Shown: positions 38,395 to 52,625 of the stretch, piece by piece | Numbering within the stretch: position 1 is the first letter of the stretch | How the letters are laid out: the number at the start of each line of letters is the position of its first letter | NCBI GenBank assembly: GCA_963514005.1 | Contig: OY740798.1 | Location: forward strand, 11,098,001-11,162,000 | DNA: 64,000 bases | Source: Raja brachyura | Taxonomy: Eukaryota | Direction of reading: 5' to 3' | Made by a program: the position numbers and the translations under genes | Notes under the pieces: generated by a model | Seen by the model: the letters and a program-made list of their open reading frames with translations, nothing else | Told to the model about the DNA's origin: nothing | Database searches by the model: none

Positions 38395-38905
38395 CACACA
38401 GCACAGAAATAGGCCCTTCAATCCATCATATCCATGCTGACCATCAAGTATGTGCTTGCATGACTACTGTTCTCCAGCACTTCATCCCAATCTTCTATGC
38501 CTTGGTAATCATTGTCTGGATAATTCTGAAATGTGGGAGTACCTGCCTGCACCATTCGTTCAGGCTGCGCATTCCAGATGCCAACCACCCTCAACTTCCT
38601 CCTCAGATCCTTTCTAAATTTCTCACATTCAATCTATATCTTGCAGTTTTAGTTTCCTCTGGTTTGGGAAAATCCTACCATGTACTTTAATTTCTCATAT
38701 ACCTTTATCAGGTCTTCCCTCAGTCTCCCTCACTCCAAACTCAGCCTTTCCAGACTTTCCATACAACTGAAACATGCAACATCTTGGTGAATTTCCTCTG
38801 CACCATCTCTGAATTTCCTCTGCACCTTTGGTGACCATAGTGCAATCTTGCCATAGTGTGGTGACCAGAACTGCACACAGTTGTGGTCTGACATATCTTT
38901 TATAA
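38395..38905 (-). mobile_element. CR1-type LINE fragment
   Basis: Reverse-strand LINE tail and ORF2 end (accagaactgcacacag; tttatcaggtcttccctcag). Confidence 0.7.
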
Positions 38906-38907
38906 AG

Positions 38908-39150
38908 TTTGCACCCCAGCGGTATGAACATTGACTTCTCTAATTTCATGTAGTCCTTACTTTCTCCTCCCCTTCTCAGCTCTCCCTCAGCCCACTGGCT
39001 CCTCCTCTTCCTTTCTTCTTCCCGACCCCCCCCCCCCCCCCCCACCCTCACATCAGTCTGAAGAAGGGCTTCGGCCAGAAACGTTGCCTATTTCCTTTGC
39101 TCCATAGATGCTGCCTCACCCGCTGAGTTTCTCCAGCATTTTTGTCTACC
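38908..39150 (+). mobile_element. Penelope-like element 3' end inserted in a CR1: GIY-YIG C-terminus, polypyrimidine spacer, hammerhead motif (39055-39088)
   Basis: Encodes LHPSGMNIDFSNFM*, then AGT-CTGAAGA-AG-GGC(TTCG)GCC-A-GAAA-CG-TT-GCC. Confidence 0.82.
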
Positions 39151-39154
39151 ATAT

Positions 39155-40130
39155 ATTTTATAATGTTGAACCAAAACCTCCACATTCTTATATTCTGTGT
39201 GCTGGCTAAAGAAGACTACTATGCTATTTCACTAGCTTATCTGTCTGTGTTGCCACCTTGAGGGTTCCTTGGACATGGACACCAAGGTCCCCCATTCCTT
39301 ACTACTCCATAGGGCCACACCGTTTATTGTATCTGCCCTATTCTTAATGATCCTCCCAAAGTCAATCACCTCACAGTTACCAGGATTAAATTCCATACAT
39401 CATTGCTCTTCCCATTTTATTAGCATCAGTATTACCTTGAAGCCTATGCTAATCTCCTCACTATCAACAGCACCACAAATTTTCTTCTGCAAACCTGTTA
39501 ATCACACCTCCTATGTTGTTATCCAAGTTGCTAATGTATATAACAACAGGGTTCTAGCATTGATCACTGTAGTACACTAATGGTCACAGGTTTCTGGTCA
39601 TTAAAACAACCTTCCACCATTCCCTGCCTCTGAATAGAAAATCAAATTTAGATCTTATATGGTAACTGGTAACTTGCCTTGGATTTCATGAGTTCTCACC
39701 GTTTGGAGCAGTTTTCATATGAGACTTGTCAAGAATTTATTTAAATCCACATAGACACCAACAACTGGGCTGCCTTTATCAATGCATTTCATCACCTCTT
39801 CAAAATATTTAGTCAAACTTGTCAAACAGGATCTAACCCTAACTAAGCCATGCTGTCTATTTGTGATTATTTTCGATCTTTCCAAGTATAGATAAATTCT
39901 ATCCCTTGGAATAACTTCCTTACCACTAATTTACAGGTCTGTGATTATTTGCATTATTCCTGTTGCCTTTCTTGAATAAAATCACCACATTTACTCTCTC
40001 CATCAAACATCTGGCATGTTACCTGTAGGCTACAGATTTCAAAATTTGTCAGGGCTCCAGCAATCTCCTTGCCTCCGGTCATAGCCTGGGATATATCAGG
40101 CTCTGGGGACTTATTCCCCTTTAGTTCCAT
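39155..40130 (-). mobile_element. Degraded CR1-type LINE ORF2 (RT region), continuing 38395-38905
   Basis: Typical reverse-strand CR1 segments (ggacatggacaccaaggtccc; ctaactaagccatgctg; tgttgcctttcttgaataa). Confidence 0.7.
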
Positions 40131-40139
40131 TTGACCTTG

Positions 40140-41690
40140 CCTGTGACTGCTTGAACCTGCAGAGAGTAGTGAGCACTAACCCAGTCCATCACAGGCTTGT
40201 TCCGTCCTTTCATCCAGTCCATCTTCATGGTACGTTAGCTGAGGAAGGCTGGGAGTATCATCAACGATGTCTGCCACCCTGGCCAATTCCTTTTTCTCTC
40301 TTCTACCTTCTGGGAGAAGATACAGTAGCTTGAAACCTCGGATGTCCAGGCTTAAGAACAACTAGGACACAAAGTGTTGGAGTAATTCCGAGTGTCTGGC
40401 AGCATCTCTGGACAACATGGATAGATAATGTTTCAGAGCAGGGCCCTTCTTTAGACTGATGAACTATTCCCTCCACAAATGCTGCCTGACGCCCTCAGTT
40501 CCTCCAGTTCCACCTTATGCTGCGTGGCCCGTCGGAAAACCCTGATCTGGTGGTCATGGTTTTCAAGCTTTCGTGCCTTCTTCCCAATGGTAGTAATGAA
40601 ATGAGAGCGTGGGACTTTGATAATATAGGCTGCCATTTTGAGACGGTGGTTCAGTCAGATGCCTTCGATGGTGGGGAGGTCGGTACCTGCGATGGACTGA
40701 GCAAATGGATAATGTGATGAAAATTGTGTTGACCCCACTCTTACATGGATAAATAAATAATAATGTCATCATTTGGGAGAATAACACTGTACTTCAGCGG
40801 TTGATGGTGGAAAGAAAGAGCCATCCAAAGGGTTCCAGGAGAAGAACCTTGGGTGTAGATGGCTGTAGTGCTCAATGATAGACACAAAGTGCTGGAGTAA
40901 CTCAGCGGGTCAGGCAGCATCTCTGGAGAAAAGGAATAGGTGACGTTTCAAGTCGGAACCCCCGTTCATACATTTTTTCAGACCTCTTCCGGCCAGTGGT
41001 CAGTGTCTGGAGTCAAGTCCCACTCGACATGGCCAAAGTGCAACACAAATTAATTTATTCAACTCCCAGATACCGTCTTCTAAAGCCATAAAGGCACCAA
41101 GTACATCGCTAGTCTCACATATGATACAATACATTATGATACAACTTAATTTATCCTGGAGGTAAATTGGTCTGCCACCAGTCAAAATATAGTTACACAG
41201 CATTGAAAGTGTCATGTACATTATAATAACAATGACATATAAGTGACCAGTTATTGCACAGCACATATGTAATATTGCATATACATGAAATTAAGTTATC
41301 GAGTGGAATACTCCACAATGAGGGATGTGCAAAGATGGGGGGTGGGTGGGTTACTCCATGACAGAAGGGGTAGGAGTTGCACAGTTTGATAGCCACAGGG
41401 AAAAAGTATTTCCTGTGGTGTTCTGTGCTGCACATTGGTGAGACCAGTCTGTGCTGAAGGTGCTGCTCATGTTGACCAGTGTGTGTTGGAGGGGTTGAGA
41501 TGTATTGTCCAGTTTGAGGAACATCCTCCTTTCCAAGACCATGTCCAATTAATCCAAATCCACTCCCAGGACGGAATCTGCCTTTGTGATGAGTTTGTTG
41601 ATTCTGTTGGCATCTGCGGCCTTCGCCCTGCTACCCCAGCACACAACAGCGTAGAAGATGTCATTGGCCACCCAGTCCACACACCACCCC
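40140..41690. mobile_element. Mosaic of Rex1/Babar-like LINE fragments and Penelope-like repeats (inverted pair 40365-40520; minus copy 40878-40970)
   Basis: Minus translation VANDIFYAVVCWGSRAKAADANRINKLITKADSVLG (Rex1-type C-terminus), plus the PLE repeat consensus. Confidence 0.7.
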
Positions 41691-44039
41691 CCCATTGCTC
41701 TCATAAAAGAACTCCAGCAATTAGGATTCACATCCAATGTTTATACGTTTAGCTCACCTTCACTTCCCCACTATCACGAGCCTCACAGTCCTATTCCATA
41801 GCATTCAGTTTCCAACCATGGTGGCCACATCATTCACATTGTGCATGGGTTCACTAACCCTCTTTCCCATGTCTGCAACAGCAAGAAAGCTAAAGAGGGA
41901 AGAGTATGTCTTTGGTTTCCTATCCCCATTGATGCGATAGCACTCATCACCACTGGCCTGAGATCATTGCTCAGCTCATAGGCCCGGCTAAGGTACAAGG
42001 GGCTTCAGAATCTGTTGATGGTCAGAATCTGTTGACGGCTTTTGGATTCATCAACAATTTAAGATTCAACTGCTCCCATTTACACCCGCACGATCATCTT
42101 TTACTGTTATGCATCCTAATATATGCCTTTAATGACTTTTGCCTTTTGATCCCACCTGCTTTTCACCATATCACTCTGGTGAGCTTCCTTCCTGTTGTGG
42201 AATATGTGTTCAGCTGTGTGAGATTAAGAGAAAGCATTAGCTAGAGTGTTGAGCTCCAAAATGGCAATGCTGGTGTCAAATCAGCATTCATGCTGCTTGA
42301 CAACAAGATCTCCCTATGGTGCATACGTCTGGTGTGTGCGAGTTACATGTATGCTAATACTAATGCCAACGTGAACCAAACAACTCTTACATCAGCTGCC
42401 CTTGTATGAAAGTAATACCTGCAGCACGCAAACAGTGCAGGATTCAGAAGGAACTTTACATCCTGCGTTATTTAATATACACATGTACGTCAATAAAATA
42501 TGATGATAATATTCTTCCGTGTTGAGAAATATCCCACTTGACTTGTGCAGACTAGTCAAGCAGAGAATTTTACTGATCAACGGTAATATGAGTAAGGAAA
42601 GATTCTGACAATGTTTTTGAAGAATTGAGGCAAGAAATGCATAATTTTCCAGTTGGAACTTGCTGTAAGATGACCAACCTTATGACAGGCAAACAAGCTT
42701 GCTGGATCTGAACCATAAGCCAAAACTGCAGAAATCATGCATGTATCACTCTTTTACTGCTGAATTTCATTTTTAGTCCTCATTCTCAGTAAGATTATGA
42801 GATATATCAAAGGTTAAGCCAAAAAAAAGAATCTGAACTATGGGAAGGTGAGCGTGGTTTCAGGTGCTAGATAAGTTGTTTTCTGATCTTGATGCAGTGA
42901 ACAAATAAAATGATTGTAAAATTTAATGGAAAGTTTTAAAATGATCAAACCCCTTCCTCTTGTAACATTGCCTGTTTTGATGCTAAGTGCTCTGTGAGGA
43001 GATTTGAGTCTATTGTTGTTACATATTAAAAAAATGTTATCTGGTGAACTGGTTGCTAGGGAGCAGTGTAAAATCTATTAAATACACAGTGGATGCAGCA
43101 ATAAATTTGACTATTTTCCCCAAGACAGGTGGTTAGGTTTGCTCTAGATGATCTTTTGTTTCACTAAATTTTCTTTACAAAAGGTCATATGACAAACTGC
43201 ATTTGTGTTTCTTTCAATAAAAAAGCGACACTTCAAGTGTTGGCTGTGTATTTTTATTCGGCTCATTTCCCTGAAATAGCATCTGTTATATAATTGTAAC
43301 ATTGTCATAATCACTTTAAAAGGATAGCAAATAATCTGGCACTTACAACCTTTTATTCTAACCTTATTATCCATATTGCAAGCAACTGACTTGAGGAAAG
43401 CCAAACATGGCAGGAATATTAATGTGTCTGTCAGAACATCACTAAATGTCTTAAAATGACTTGCTTATCTCCTGGCAGAGAAAAGGGCTTGCATTTATAT
43501 AGTACCATTTACATTCTTGTCAGGATGCCCCACAGTATTTTACAGTAATATAAAGGAGCAGATGATAAAAGCACATCATCCCATTTGACCATAACCTTCC
43601 AGAAAACAATTGCTTGATATTCAATAGTGTCTTTAATGTAGCAAAACCCTCCAAGTTTCTTCACAAAGGCTTAATTATTGACAACGAGCACAAGGATGAG
43701 GTAAGGAGAGAGCTAACCAAAAGCTTGGTCAGATATAATGTTTAGGAGAAACTTGAAGGCGTGCTGGCAGTGATATTTAGTGGTGGAAGTTGGAGCCTGA
43801 ACAGTTGAAAATCAAGGCAAGGGAAATGAGAGACACAAGGTTACCAATTACAATTTCATTTGATTGCTCCTTAAATGAATTAATTACTCCTTGCCTGTAG
43901 TTGATCCTCATCTATTCAAATAAATATTCACTGTGGTTTGTCCTTGTTTTGCCCTCTGTACAGATAAGGTACCAAATCATCAGTACCAATTTGCCAATTG
44001 AATGCCATCAACGGTAATGGACAAGGTTCTCATATAGGG

Positions 44040-45215
44040 CTATAGAGCCAACAATACTGGAACAGACCCTTCAGCCCACCTTGTCCATGCCAACCAATTT
44101 GGCACATTGGGATAGTTCAATTTTCCTGCATTTGTCCCATCTCCCTCCTAACCCTTCCCACCCATATATCTGTCAAAATGTATTTTAAAATTTAGATTTG
44201 TATCCACTTCTATAGATTCTTCTGGCAGCTCATTCCAGATATAGTCTACCCTCTGAGTGAACAAAGTACCCAAGAGGTCCCTCTGAAATCTTTCCCCTCC
44301 CATCTATAATCGGTTTGTGCTTTTAAACAGTGTTGTCCAACATGAATATGCAGCCGTTATATCACAATATGTATTGTGATATAAAATGTAAATGCATATG
44401 TAACAATAATAGGAAATGCATCAATTCAGATGAAGCCCTTCTTAATAGTGATGTTTTAACTCAGTGCAGACTGTGGGTAGGTATAAGGTTAACGACAAGA
44501 TCCATAACAACATTGATGTGCAGCAGAATATTGGGGTCCAGGTCCGTAGTTCCCTGAAAGTGGCAACACAAGTAGGTAGAGTGGTAAAGAAGGCGTATGG
44601 TATGTTTACCTTCATTGATTGGGGCATTCGTTATAAGAGTCAGGAAGTCATGACACAGTCTTTTAGAATTTGGTTAAGCTGCAATTGGAGTAATGCAAGC
44701 AGTTTTAGTCCCCCTATTACCGGAAAAATGTGGAGGCTTTGCAGAGGATTCAGAAGAGGTTTACCAGAATACTGCTTGGATTAGAGGATATTAGCTATGA
44801 GGAGAGGTTGGACAAATTTGGATAGTTTTTTTCTGGAGCGTCGGAGACTGAGGGGAGAAATGTTAGAAGTATATAACATTATGAGAGGCATAGACAGGGT
44901 AGACAGTCAGAACATTTTTCCCAGGGTGGAAATGTCAAAAATAGAATGCACAGGTTTAAGGTGAGAGTGGCAAGGTTTAAAGGAAATGTGCTGGGCAAGT
45001 TTATACAGAGTGGTGCGTGCTTGGAATGCACTGTCAGGGATGGTGGTGGAGGCATATATGATGGTGGCACTTAAAAGGCTTCTGAATAGCCAGCAAATGG
45101 TCTTCTGCCAGCATATGGATCATGTGCTGGCAGAAGACATTAAGTTAATTTGGCATCATGTTTGGCATGGACATTGTAACACAAAGGGAGTGTTCTTAGT
45201 CTGTGCTATTCTGTT
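44040..45215. mobile_element. CR1-type LINE fragments (minus about 44040-44300, plus about 44490-45215)
   Basis: Encodes GVQVRSSLKVATQVGRVVKKAYGMFTFI..GIRYKS and RVVRAWNALSG (CR1 ORF2). Confidence 0.85.
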
Positions 45216-47099
45216 TGTGATGTGAAATGTATATATACATGTGTGCGGGAATGGAGCAATTGCATTAATCTAGATGAAGCCCATCTTATACTGATGACTC
45301 AATTCATTGCAGACTGTGATCACCATACTCTGCTTACAACTACCATCTTGAGCATCCTCTCAGCTGGAGGCAAATTAAAGGTGAGCTCTAAAGATAATGC
45401 AGAAAATAGATATACAATATACTTAAAGTCACACAGTGTTTGCAGAGGATGTTAAGAATAGCTCGGTAATCTTTGTTTGATTAAACAATAGTTCTTTTCA
45501 TTATCTGCAAAATAAAAAAGGCACATTCGCATTATCCAGGAAAGTTATTTCCTTAAATACACCAGAAAAGGATCTGAATTTTCTTTTTAATGTAGAGCCC
45601 TATAATTCCCTGAAGCAAAACTTGTGTATTAACCTAGAGCAATCCCTCAGACTGAATTTATATGTGTATTGAGCTACATACTTCACTCGTGTTCTTAGAA
45701 CATCTATAGATTATTTGTGTACTGTATTTTCTTCAGAAATTTTTACATTTAGTTAAACGCTTAAAGGGGAAATAATTCCAAATGGGGAAAGAGTGGGATA
45801 ATCAGATAGCCTTTAAAGAGTCAGCAGATGCCATCTGAAATGCAATAAAGAAATTGCATTAATCTGACTCTAAGCATTTACTGCTGAATTTAAATAAAAA
45901 TGAAATCCTAAAACAGCACTTAGATATAACACCTGCACTAGCTTATCAAGGGCATCAACTCTTGTTAAATAAAATAAATGTGAGGCTGCACTAGGAGGCA
46001 TACATAAATAGCTAAGGATAGGTAATGATGGACAGTTTTGACATGGGTTTCTAGCTTAAATGACAGTTATAGCTAGCACACTAATCTGAAGACGATTCTG
46101 GCTGACAGTGATGCCTGTTCAGTCTTCGAGGAGACTAATAAAGGACATGGTGAGATAGAAAAAAGGATGTTGGGATAATAACTAGCATTGTATTGTTAGA
46201 AAATAGTGCCATCCAGAAAATAACTAAGATTAAATAAAGAATTTGGATTTATAAATTTGCAAAAAAAAAGTGCATTGTTCAGATCTTTTAACACATGAGC
46301 AGATCCCTGAGACACAACAAGGGTAGAATTAGCTCCACTAGTCCAGAGGGTCGCAGGGTCTTGAACCTAAAATGTTCTGTTTACTGTTTCTCTTCCCAAA
46401 GATGCTGCCTGACCTACTGAGTGTTTCCAGCAATTTTAGTTTTAACCTTAGTACAATCACTAGTCTGGTTGATATCTTAAAGAGTGCTTGAAAATTGATA
46501 AACATTCATAACTAACTTATTACCAACAAAATTTTTATTTTCCAATTTACATGTAAAAATGTTTTGAGACAGTTTGATACTTTAAATGTAAGTTGCTGCA
46601 ATTATCCAAATGCTACAGATTGTGGCTTATCTCCGAACTTCACTTAATTTAACTGCAAAGAGCAAACTAATCAGTGCAAGAACATTGGTAATCATTTAAT
46701 GATACCAGATCTGGAAAAGATTTGGCCTTAACACTCTTTCTATGTTTTAACACCGGATTGCATTTCAGCAATATTGGTACAATGTTTGAGTTGAAATGTA
46801 TATATGCAAAAGAGCTCTGATTGTTTTCTACATTGATACGCAGAGTTATGGGCATCCTTCGTAAACTCTGCATTTATTGTGTATTACTTGATGCTTTGTG
46901 AGGTTGGTGACATTACCATATTTCTTGCAAGGGCATCACTGAGTCACTCACATTGGTGTAGGATTCAAGTCACATAAAGGTCACATTGGGGAAAAGGTGC
47001 CAGGTTTCTTTCACTAAAATAATTATTAATGAATCATCTGGGCCTTTACAGCAATTTGACAGCTTGATCATCATTTTTACTAAGACTAACATGTAAATA

Positions 47100-48065
47100 T
47101 GTAAGAGCTAGGAGCAAGAGCAGTCTATTTCTACCTTCAAACTTGCTCTGTAATTCACAGGTTTTCCGCTCTAACCCCAAATCCCTTCATTTTTCTAAAG
47201 TGCAGAAATCAATCGATATTAGTTTGAGTGCAATTATTAATAAACCACCACAACCCTTCTTCTAACTGGAGATGTTTCCTAATTTCAATCCTAAATAGAT
47301 TAATCCTTATGAGAGTGTGACATCTAATTCTCTACTCGGCAAAAAAGGGGAACACACTCCTTATATCTAGTCTGTTGAGGCCTCTAAGGAAGTTGTATAT
47401 ATCAAATACATCACAAATCACTTTCCCCATAAGCGTAGTCTATTCTATCTCTGCTGCTTTGACAGATTTAGCATCCCATGGAACAGTTCCATTAAGATTT
47501 CAGAAAACTCTCTGCTCCCTGTCATTGTTTTAGAGGATTGCTCCCTTCATGACTCCCTTGTCCTCTCCACTCCCTCTGCCTACCATTTCCAATCAAATAA
47601 CATTTTCCCAGCCAACGCCTTTCATCACTTCCTGCAAAGTAGGGAGCCAGTCTTTCCAACTCTTCCACTCTGCTTACATTAATCGGTGGTCACAATGTGT
47701 CCTTCTCAACAATGCAAAATACAAATGCAGATTGGTAATTGTTTTTCTGATAAATGTTAATTCAATTTTAATTGCAACTTTAATTTGCTGTCCCATTGCC
47801 ACTCTAGTTCATTATTTCTCTTTAGGATCATACAGCACAGACGCAGGCCCATAGGTTTGAACTTATCCAATGTGCCCATCCTAGCTGCTCCCACATGCCC
47901 ATGTTTGGCCCAAATCCCTCTAAACCTTTCCTATCCATGTCCCTGTCCAAACCTCTTTTAAATATTGTTATTGTATCTGCATCAACCATTTCTTCTGGGA
48001 GCTCATTCCACATACCCACCTCCCTCTGTGTAAATAGTTGCCCCTCATGTGCCTAATAATTCTCC
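47100..48065. mobile_element. Mixed old CR1 (minus) and Penelope (plus, about 47490-47750) fragments
   Basis: Minus translation WNELPEEMVDADTITIFKRGLDRDMDRKGLEG; plus segment gaggattgctcccttcatgactcccttgtc. Confidence 0.6.
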
Positions 48066-48589
48066 CTTCCCTTCACTTTCCTTCATTGAAGGGAATTATC
48101 CACCTCGTTCTGGTCCAGTCTATATGCACATTCGGACCCACCAATGTGGTTGACTTTTAATTACCTTCATAGTATAAAGGAATTAAGGATGAATAATTCA
48201 TGCATAAATTGCTTGTTCCATCCTCAATCCATGAACTGAAAAGTTATTATTTCTCTTTACAAGTCTATTATTTAGCATTACATTGGATGAAGTTAAACAG
48301 ATAGAGGAAACAAATCATCCAATTAAACAAGATAATACCATAATGTGTATACATTGCTATCCCAAACCAAACAGATAGAGTTTATTTTGTGTATCAAATC
48401 CATTCACGTCTATTCATGTTTTAATTGGGAATCTGTGTGTTCAGGATTAGTTGTAACAGAGCACCTATAAACTAACCAAACCTTATTCTGACCTGATTTT
48501 TTTTGTCTTTTTACTTAAATAATTTTGCTCTTAGTGCTTTAAAAGATGAGTGCTATCAATTTATCTGTGGCCTTGCCCGTCTCATTGCG

Positions 48590-49640
48590 TGCCACCTCCA
48601 ATAGTCCTGCAAGTCCTAATGACCACCGCACAATAGCCCCACCATTAATCATAATGAAGTGCTTAGAATGATTGGTAATGGCCCACACTAGCACCACTCT
48701 CCTGGACAATTTGCGTACAGTCTATGGAAGATGCCATCTCCCTTGCACTACATTCAGCTCTGGATCACCTTGGCAGTAAGATCCCCTAAGTCCGGATACT
48801 CTTCTTTGACTACAGCTCAGCCTTCAACACCACAATATTGTATAAACTCATCCTTAAATCTCTGGACCTTGGCTTGAGGCATTCATCAACAACTGGCTTC
48901 TGGACTTCCTGATCAACAGATCTCTATCAGTTAGAATTGATCATAACATTTCCTCCACTTTAACCCTCAACACTGGTATCTCTCTGGATTATGTTCTCAG
49001 ACCTCCGTTCTAGTCCTGAATACCCATACCTGAGTGGCTAAGTAGAGCAACAAATTGATCTTTACATTAACCTATGTTACTACTGTTTTTGGCTGGATCA
49101 ACAACTATGAGATGACTATATGAAAGAGATTGAGAACCCTGCGTCATGGTGTCATAACAACAACCTAGCCCTTAATGTCAGCATACCAAAGAGTTGGTTG
49201 TTCTTCTAAGGACAGGTGAACACAATTCTGTCCTCTTCAATTAAGCTGCCGTAGAAATGGTCGACAACTTTAAGTTTGTTGGCATCTATGTCACCAGCAA
49301 CCTAATCTGCTTCCTTCACGTTGATGCAGGATCAAGAAAGCACATCCGTGTATTTATCTTCTAAGATATCTGATAAGATTGAGCTTGTCCGGGGGATTCT
49401 CTCAAAACTTCTACAAATGCACTATGAACGTATTTTGGTGGGATGGATCTCAACTTGGTTTGGCAACTACTCTGATCTTGACCTCCTTAACCAGCAGAGA
49501 ATGGTGAACACATCCCAGTCTATTGCAGGCTCATCACTTCCGTTCAGCCAGTCCAGTTTCACAGTGTGTTGCATGAGGAGGGCCAAGGTAATGTCAAGGA
49601 TGCTTGTCATTCTGGCCATTCCTTTTTCTCTCTTCTACCT
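48590..49640 (+). mobile_element. Rex1/Babar-like LINE reverse transcriptase pseudogene
   Basis: Decayed RT motifs IIMKCLE.LV, RILFFDYSSAFNT, NWLLDFLINR, TLTLNTG, WCHNNNLALNVS and FKFVGI. Confidence 0.85.
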
Positions 49641-50567
49641 TTGCTCCGCAATTAATAGACCTGATTCACTTTGGCATTTTATTATATGTTACTCAGATTG
49701 TACTACAATCATTGCTGCATTCTGCTGTTTAGCTTTGTCGTCGTATTTATTGTGTAGTTAAGTTATTTATTGATTGTGCTGCGAACGTGGAGAACTGGAA
49801 TTTTCATTGGACCCTAGTGTATATGACAATGTTAACATGATTCTGAATTCTCTGAAATCTCAGCTCTTTTCGAAACCTGTGTTCATACATCAACAATATT
49901 TATGGAGACGAGTCTACTACCTGACCTCGACACTCAATAATTCCCTCCTTGAACATCTAGGTCTCTCCTACTTTCAAAGGTCTTCTTGAAACCTATGTCA
50001 TTGACCAACATTTGGCTCATTAGTCCCAGCATTTCTGTCAGTGGCTTGCTGTTATGTTTTCCCTGATAATATTCCCACAACATATCTTGAGCCCTTATGT
50101 TTCTCTTGACAGAAAGTTTGCATTGTGCTGGGAAGCTCCAAATGGATTGAGTTTATTGCACATTCATTTCTTTACAATTTAGTTATTAACACATATTTAT
50201 AAATAGTTGCTTAAGAACCTGAAATTAAGTAGCAGCTTGTCACATCTCTTAGAATCCGCCTTGCAAAGAATGAGCAGCAATGGGTGTGTGTGCAAAGACA
50301 AAGATGTTGTTTCTTCAAAACGCATAGACAAAGCTTTACAAAATCCTGTACATATAGTAATTCAACAAATCCAACCTGGCTTCCTTTGCAATTTTCTGTC
50401 CTCTGACCACAAATAAATATTTTATGGCCTGATTTTGATTCACTTGTAAACAAGAGGGAGTTTTATTTGATAAAATCCTTCACATGGTCAACTCATTATC
50501 ACTGCGATGTGTGCCAATTATGTGGGTTATGGAGAGAATATGTTTACTAATGAACCAGACAATAACA

Positions 50568-50582
50568 TTTATTGCTTTTATT
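50568..50582 (-). terminator. elp4: Probable ELP4 polyadenylation signals
   Basis: Two AATAAA on the minus strand (tttatt at 50568-50573 and 50577-50582), about 70 nt after the stop. Confidence 0.5.
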
Positions 50583-50647
50583 TATACACTAATGATTTAT
50601 AATAACATATGATGAGAATACAGAGTGAAATGGCTCAACAAAAGTCA

Positions 50648-50779
50648 CTAGAAGTCCAGGTGCTTATTGCCGCTGGCTACACCACCACATCCTGAGCTCA
50701 GCAGTTTGGCTGATTCTGCCACATCTTGTTTGCTTGATCGGCTCACTGTGTCCGACAAGTCTGGAGGCAAATGCAGTCT
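50648..50779 (-). CDS. elp4: ELP4 (elongator complex protein 4) terminal coding exon
   Basis: Minus strand ttttaacag|AGA...TTC TAG; encodes [43 protein letters not shown], matching the vertebrate ELP4 C-terminus. Shows the conserved tail-to-tail synteny with Pax6. Too short for the ORF track. Confidence 0.95.
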   Translation of the reverse strand, partial: RLHLPPDLSDTVSRSSKQDVAESAKLLSSGCGGVASGNKHLDF

Positions 50780-51989
50780 CTGTTAAAAGGAGAGAAAGGA
50801 AGAAAAAGACTTTAAAATCTGTTAAGGCTATCTAAGATAAATCACTACAATAATAATAAAAATCTGAATTGCAGAGAAAAATCAATGATTATTTCATTCT
50901 TTTCAGAAAAGTTGACGTCAAAGAACAAAAGCAATGGCACTTTCTAGTAACAATTTGCAGTTGCACACTGCATTTCACTTGCTTAAGAACCAATGTATCT
51001 TTGAAGTGCAGTCATCGTTTTAATGGGGGAAATATTCCAGTGAATCATTATGCTTTAAGGTCCCACGACTACATGTGTGTCAGTTGAGTCACTCCTGGGA
51101 AATCACATTTCTCTTCTAGTAATGCTGCAGGATCTTTGACATTTGCTTGAGAGGGAAGAACGGACTCTCTGCAGAGTGCTTACAGTAGTTTGCTGGTATT
51201 AGCTTAGATCATCTGTTCAAACCTCTGGAAGGGGATTTGTCCCTCCAGTTTGAGAGGTGAGTTTGTTGTCGACTGTCACCGCAGAACATTTCTGCAATTA
51301 AATCTTGTGGCTTAGCAGATCCTAAATTAATCATTCATGGCACCATAAACATTTTAAACCCCATGTGAAAAAATAAAGCACAAAATCTTAATGCTGCATA
51401 AAAGAGCATGCAGTAATTCAAATTGGTTTATATTTATAACATTCATTCATTCATTCATTTGAATCACCCTATAATTCCCACCAGGGAGGACTGACATATA
51501 ACATACATCTTTGTAAATGATCAAATAAGTGTCAGGCAGTGAATTGGAGTGGAGTGGAAGGATCTATAGTCCAAGTCATTCACCAGTCTTGCTTTGAACA
51601 TGGAATAACTTTGTGTCTTCATCTGTGGTATAAGGTGGACACAAACTCACCCAATGTACACACACATTTATGCCTAACACTTAGTTGTGTTGCATCTGTT
51701 TCATCAGAACTAGGAAATGTTAGATAGAAATATTAGAACGTTTCAAAGAAGGGAGAATGATGGAGGGGTCAAAGGGAATATCTGTGATAGCATGGAGACC
51801 AAACATCACTGAAAGATGTCATGTTGGCTGATCATAACACCTTTCCCAATATGACTACCAATAAGTCTCCTTCTTTTTCTCCACCATAGTTCAAAAGGTT
51901 TCCAACTCATTTTCATTTTCAGCACTTTTCTGCCCTTACCCCCTCCACCTCGACCATTTGTCCTCATTATTTTCTCCAGTCTGTTCCAC

Positions 51990-52625
51990 GTTCAAAGTAC
52001 ATAGTTTCTGATACCTTCAGCATAATGACACTGTCACATCTTCTCCCACTACCACTCCACACTACTTTCCCCAACTCCACTTCTTTTAAGGTTCTGAAGG
52101 ACCATACCGTCTATGACTCCCTGTACTGCACTCGGTGCTTACAATGTTCTCTCCTCCGTACTGGACAAAACTAAATGCAGATTAGATTACGGTTTTGTAC
52201 AATGACTCCATGCAAGCTTCTAAACTGATCCTCAACGTAAGTTCATCTCACTCTCACCTGGTTGTCTGTTCCAAATAAACTTGAGGAACCCCATCTCATC
52301 TTGTTACTCAACTGGCACCATCATCATTTGTGTCATGGAGACACAAGAAAAATATTTTTTTGATTCTTTATTCTTTCCATCAACCTGCCCCCACCACCAT
52401 CTTCCCTCTCTGCCACTTTAAACATTTTCAGCCATGACTGAATGGTGGAGTAGATTTGATGGACCAAATGGCCTAATTCTGCTCCTATAACTTACAAACT
52501 CATTTGCTTTGTGAACTTCACTATTTCTAAAGAATGATCATTGAACTGAAATTTTAACTCTGTTCCTCTCACCACAGATGCTGCCTGACCTGCTGAGTAA
52601 TTGCATCATTTCCTGCTTTTATTTT
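51990..52625 (+). mobile_element. Old Penelope-like element fragments with an interspersed CR1 tail
   Basis: KLEEPHLI-like segment (aaacttgaggaaccccatctcatc); terminal repeat at 52540-52620. Confidence 0.5.

Noticed and set aside
34593-42040. Short local tandem duplications (34593-34635, 38787-38826, 42005-42038)
   Set aside because: Ordinary replication-slippage duplications in or near TE debris.
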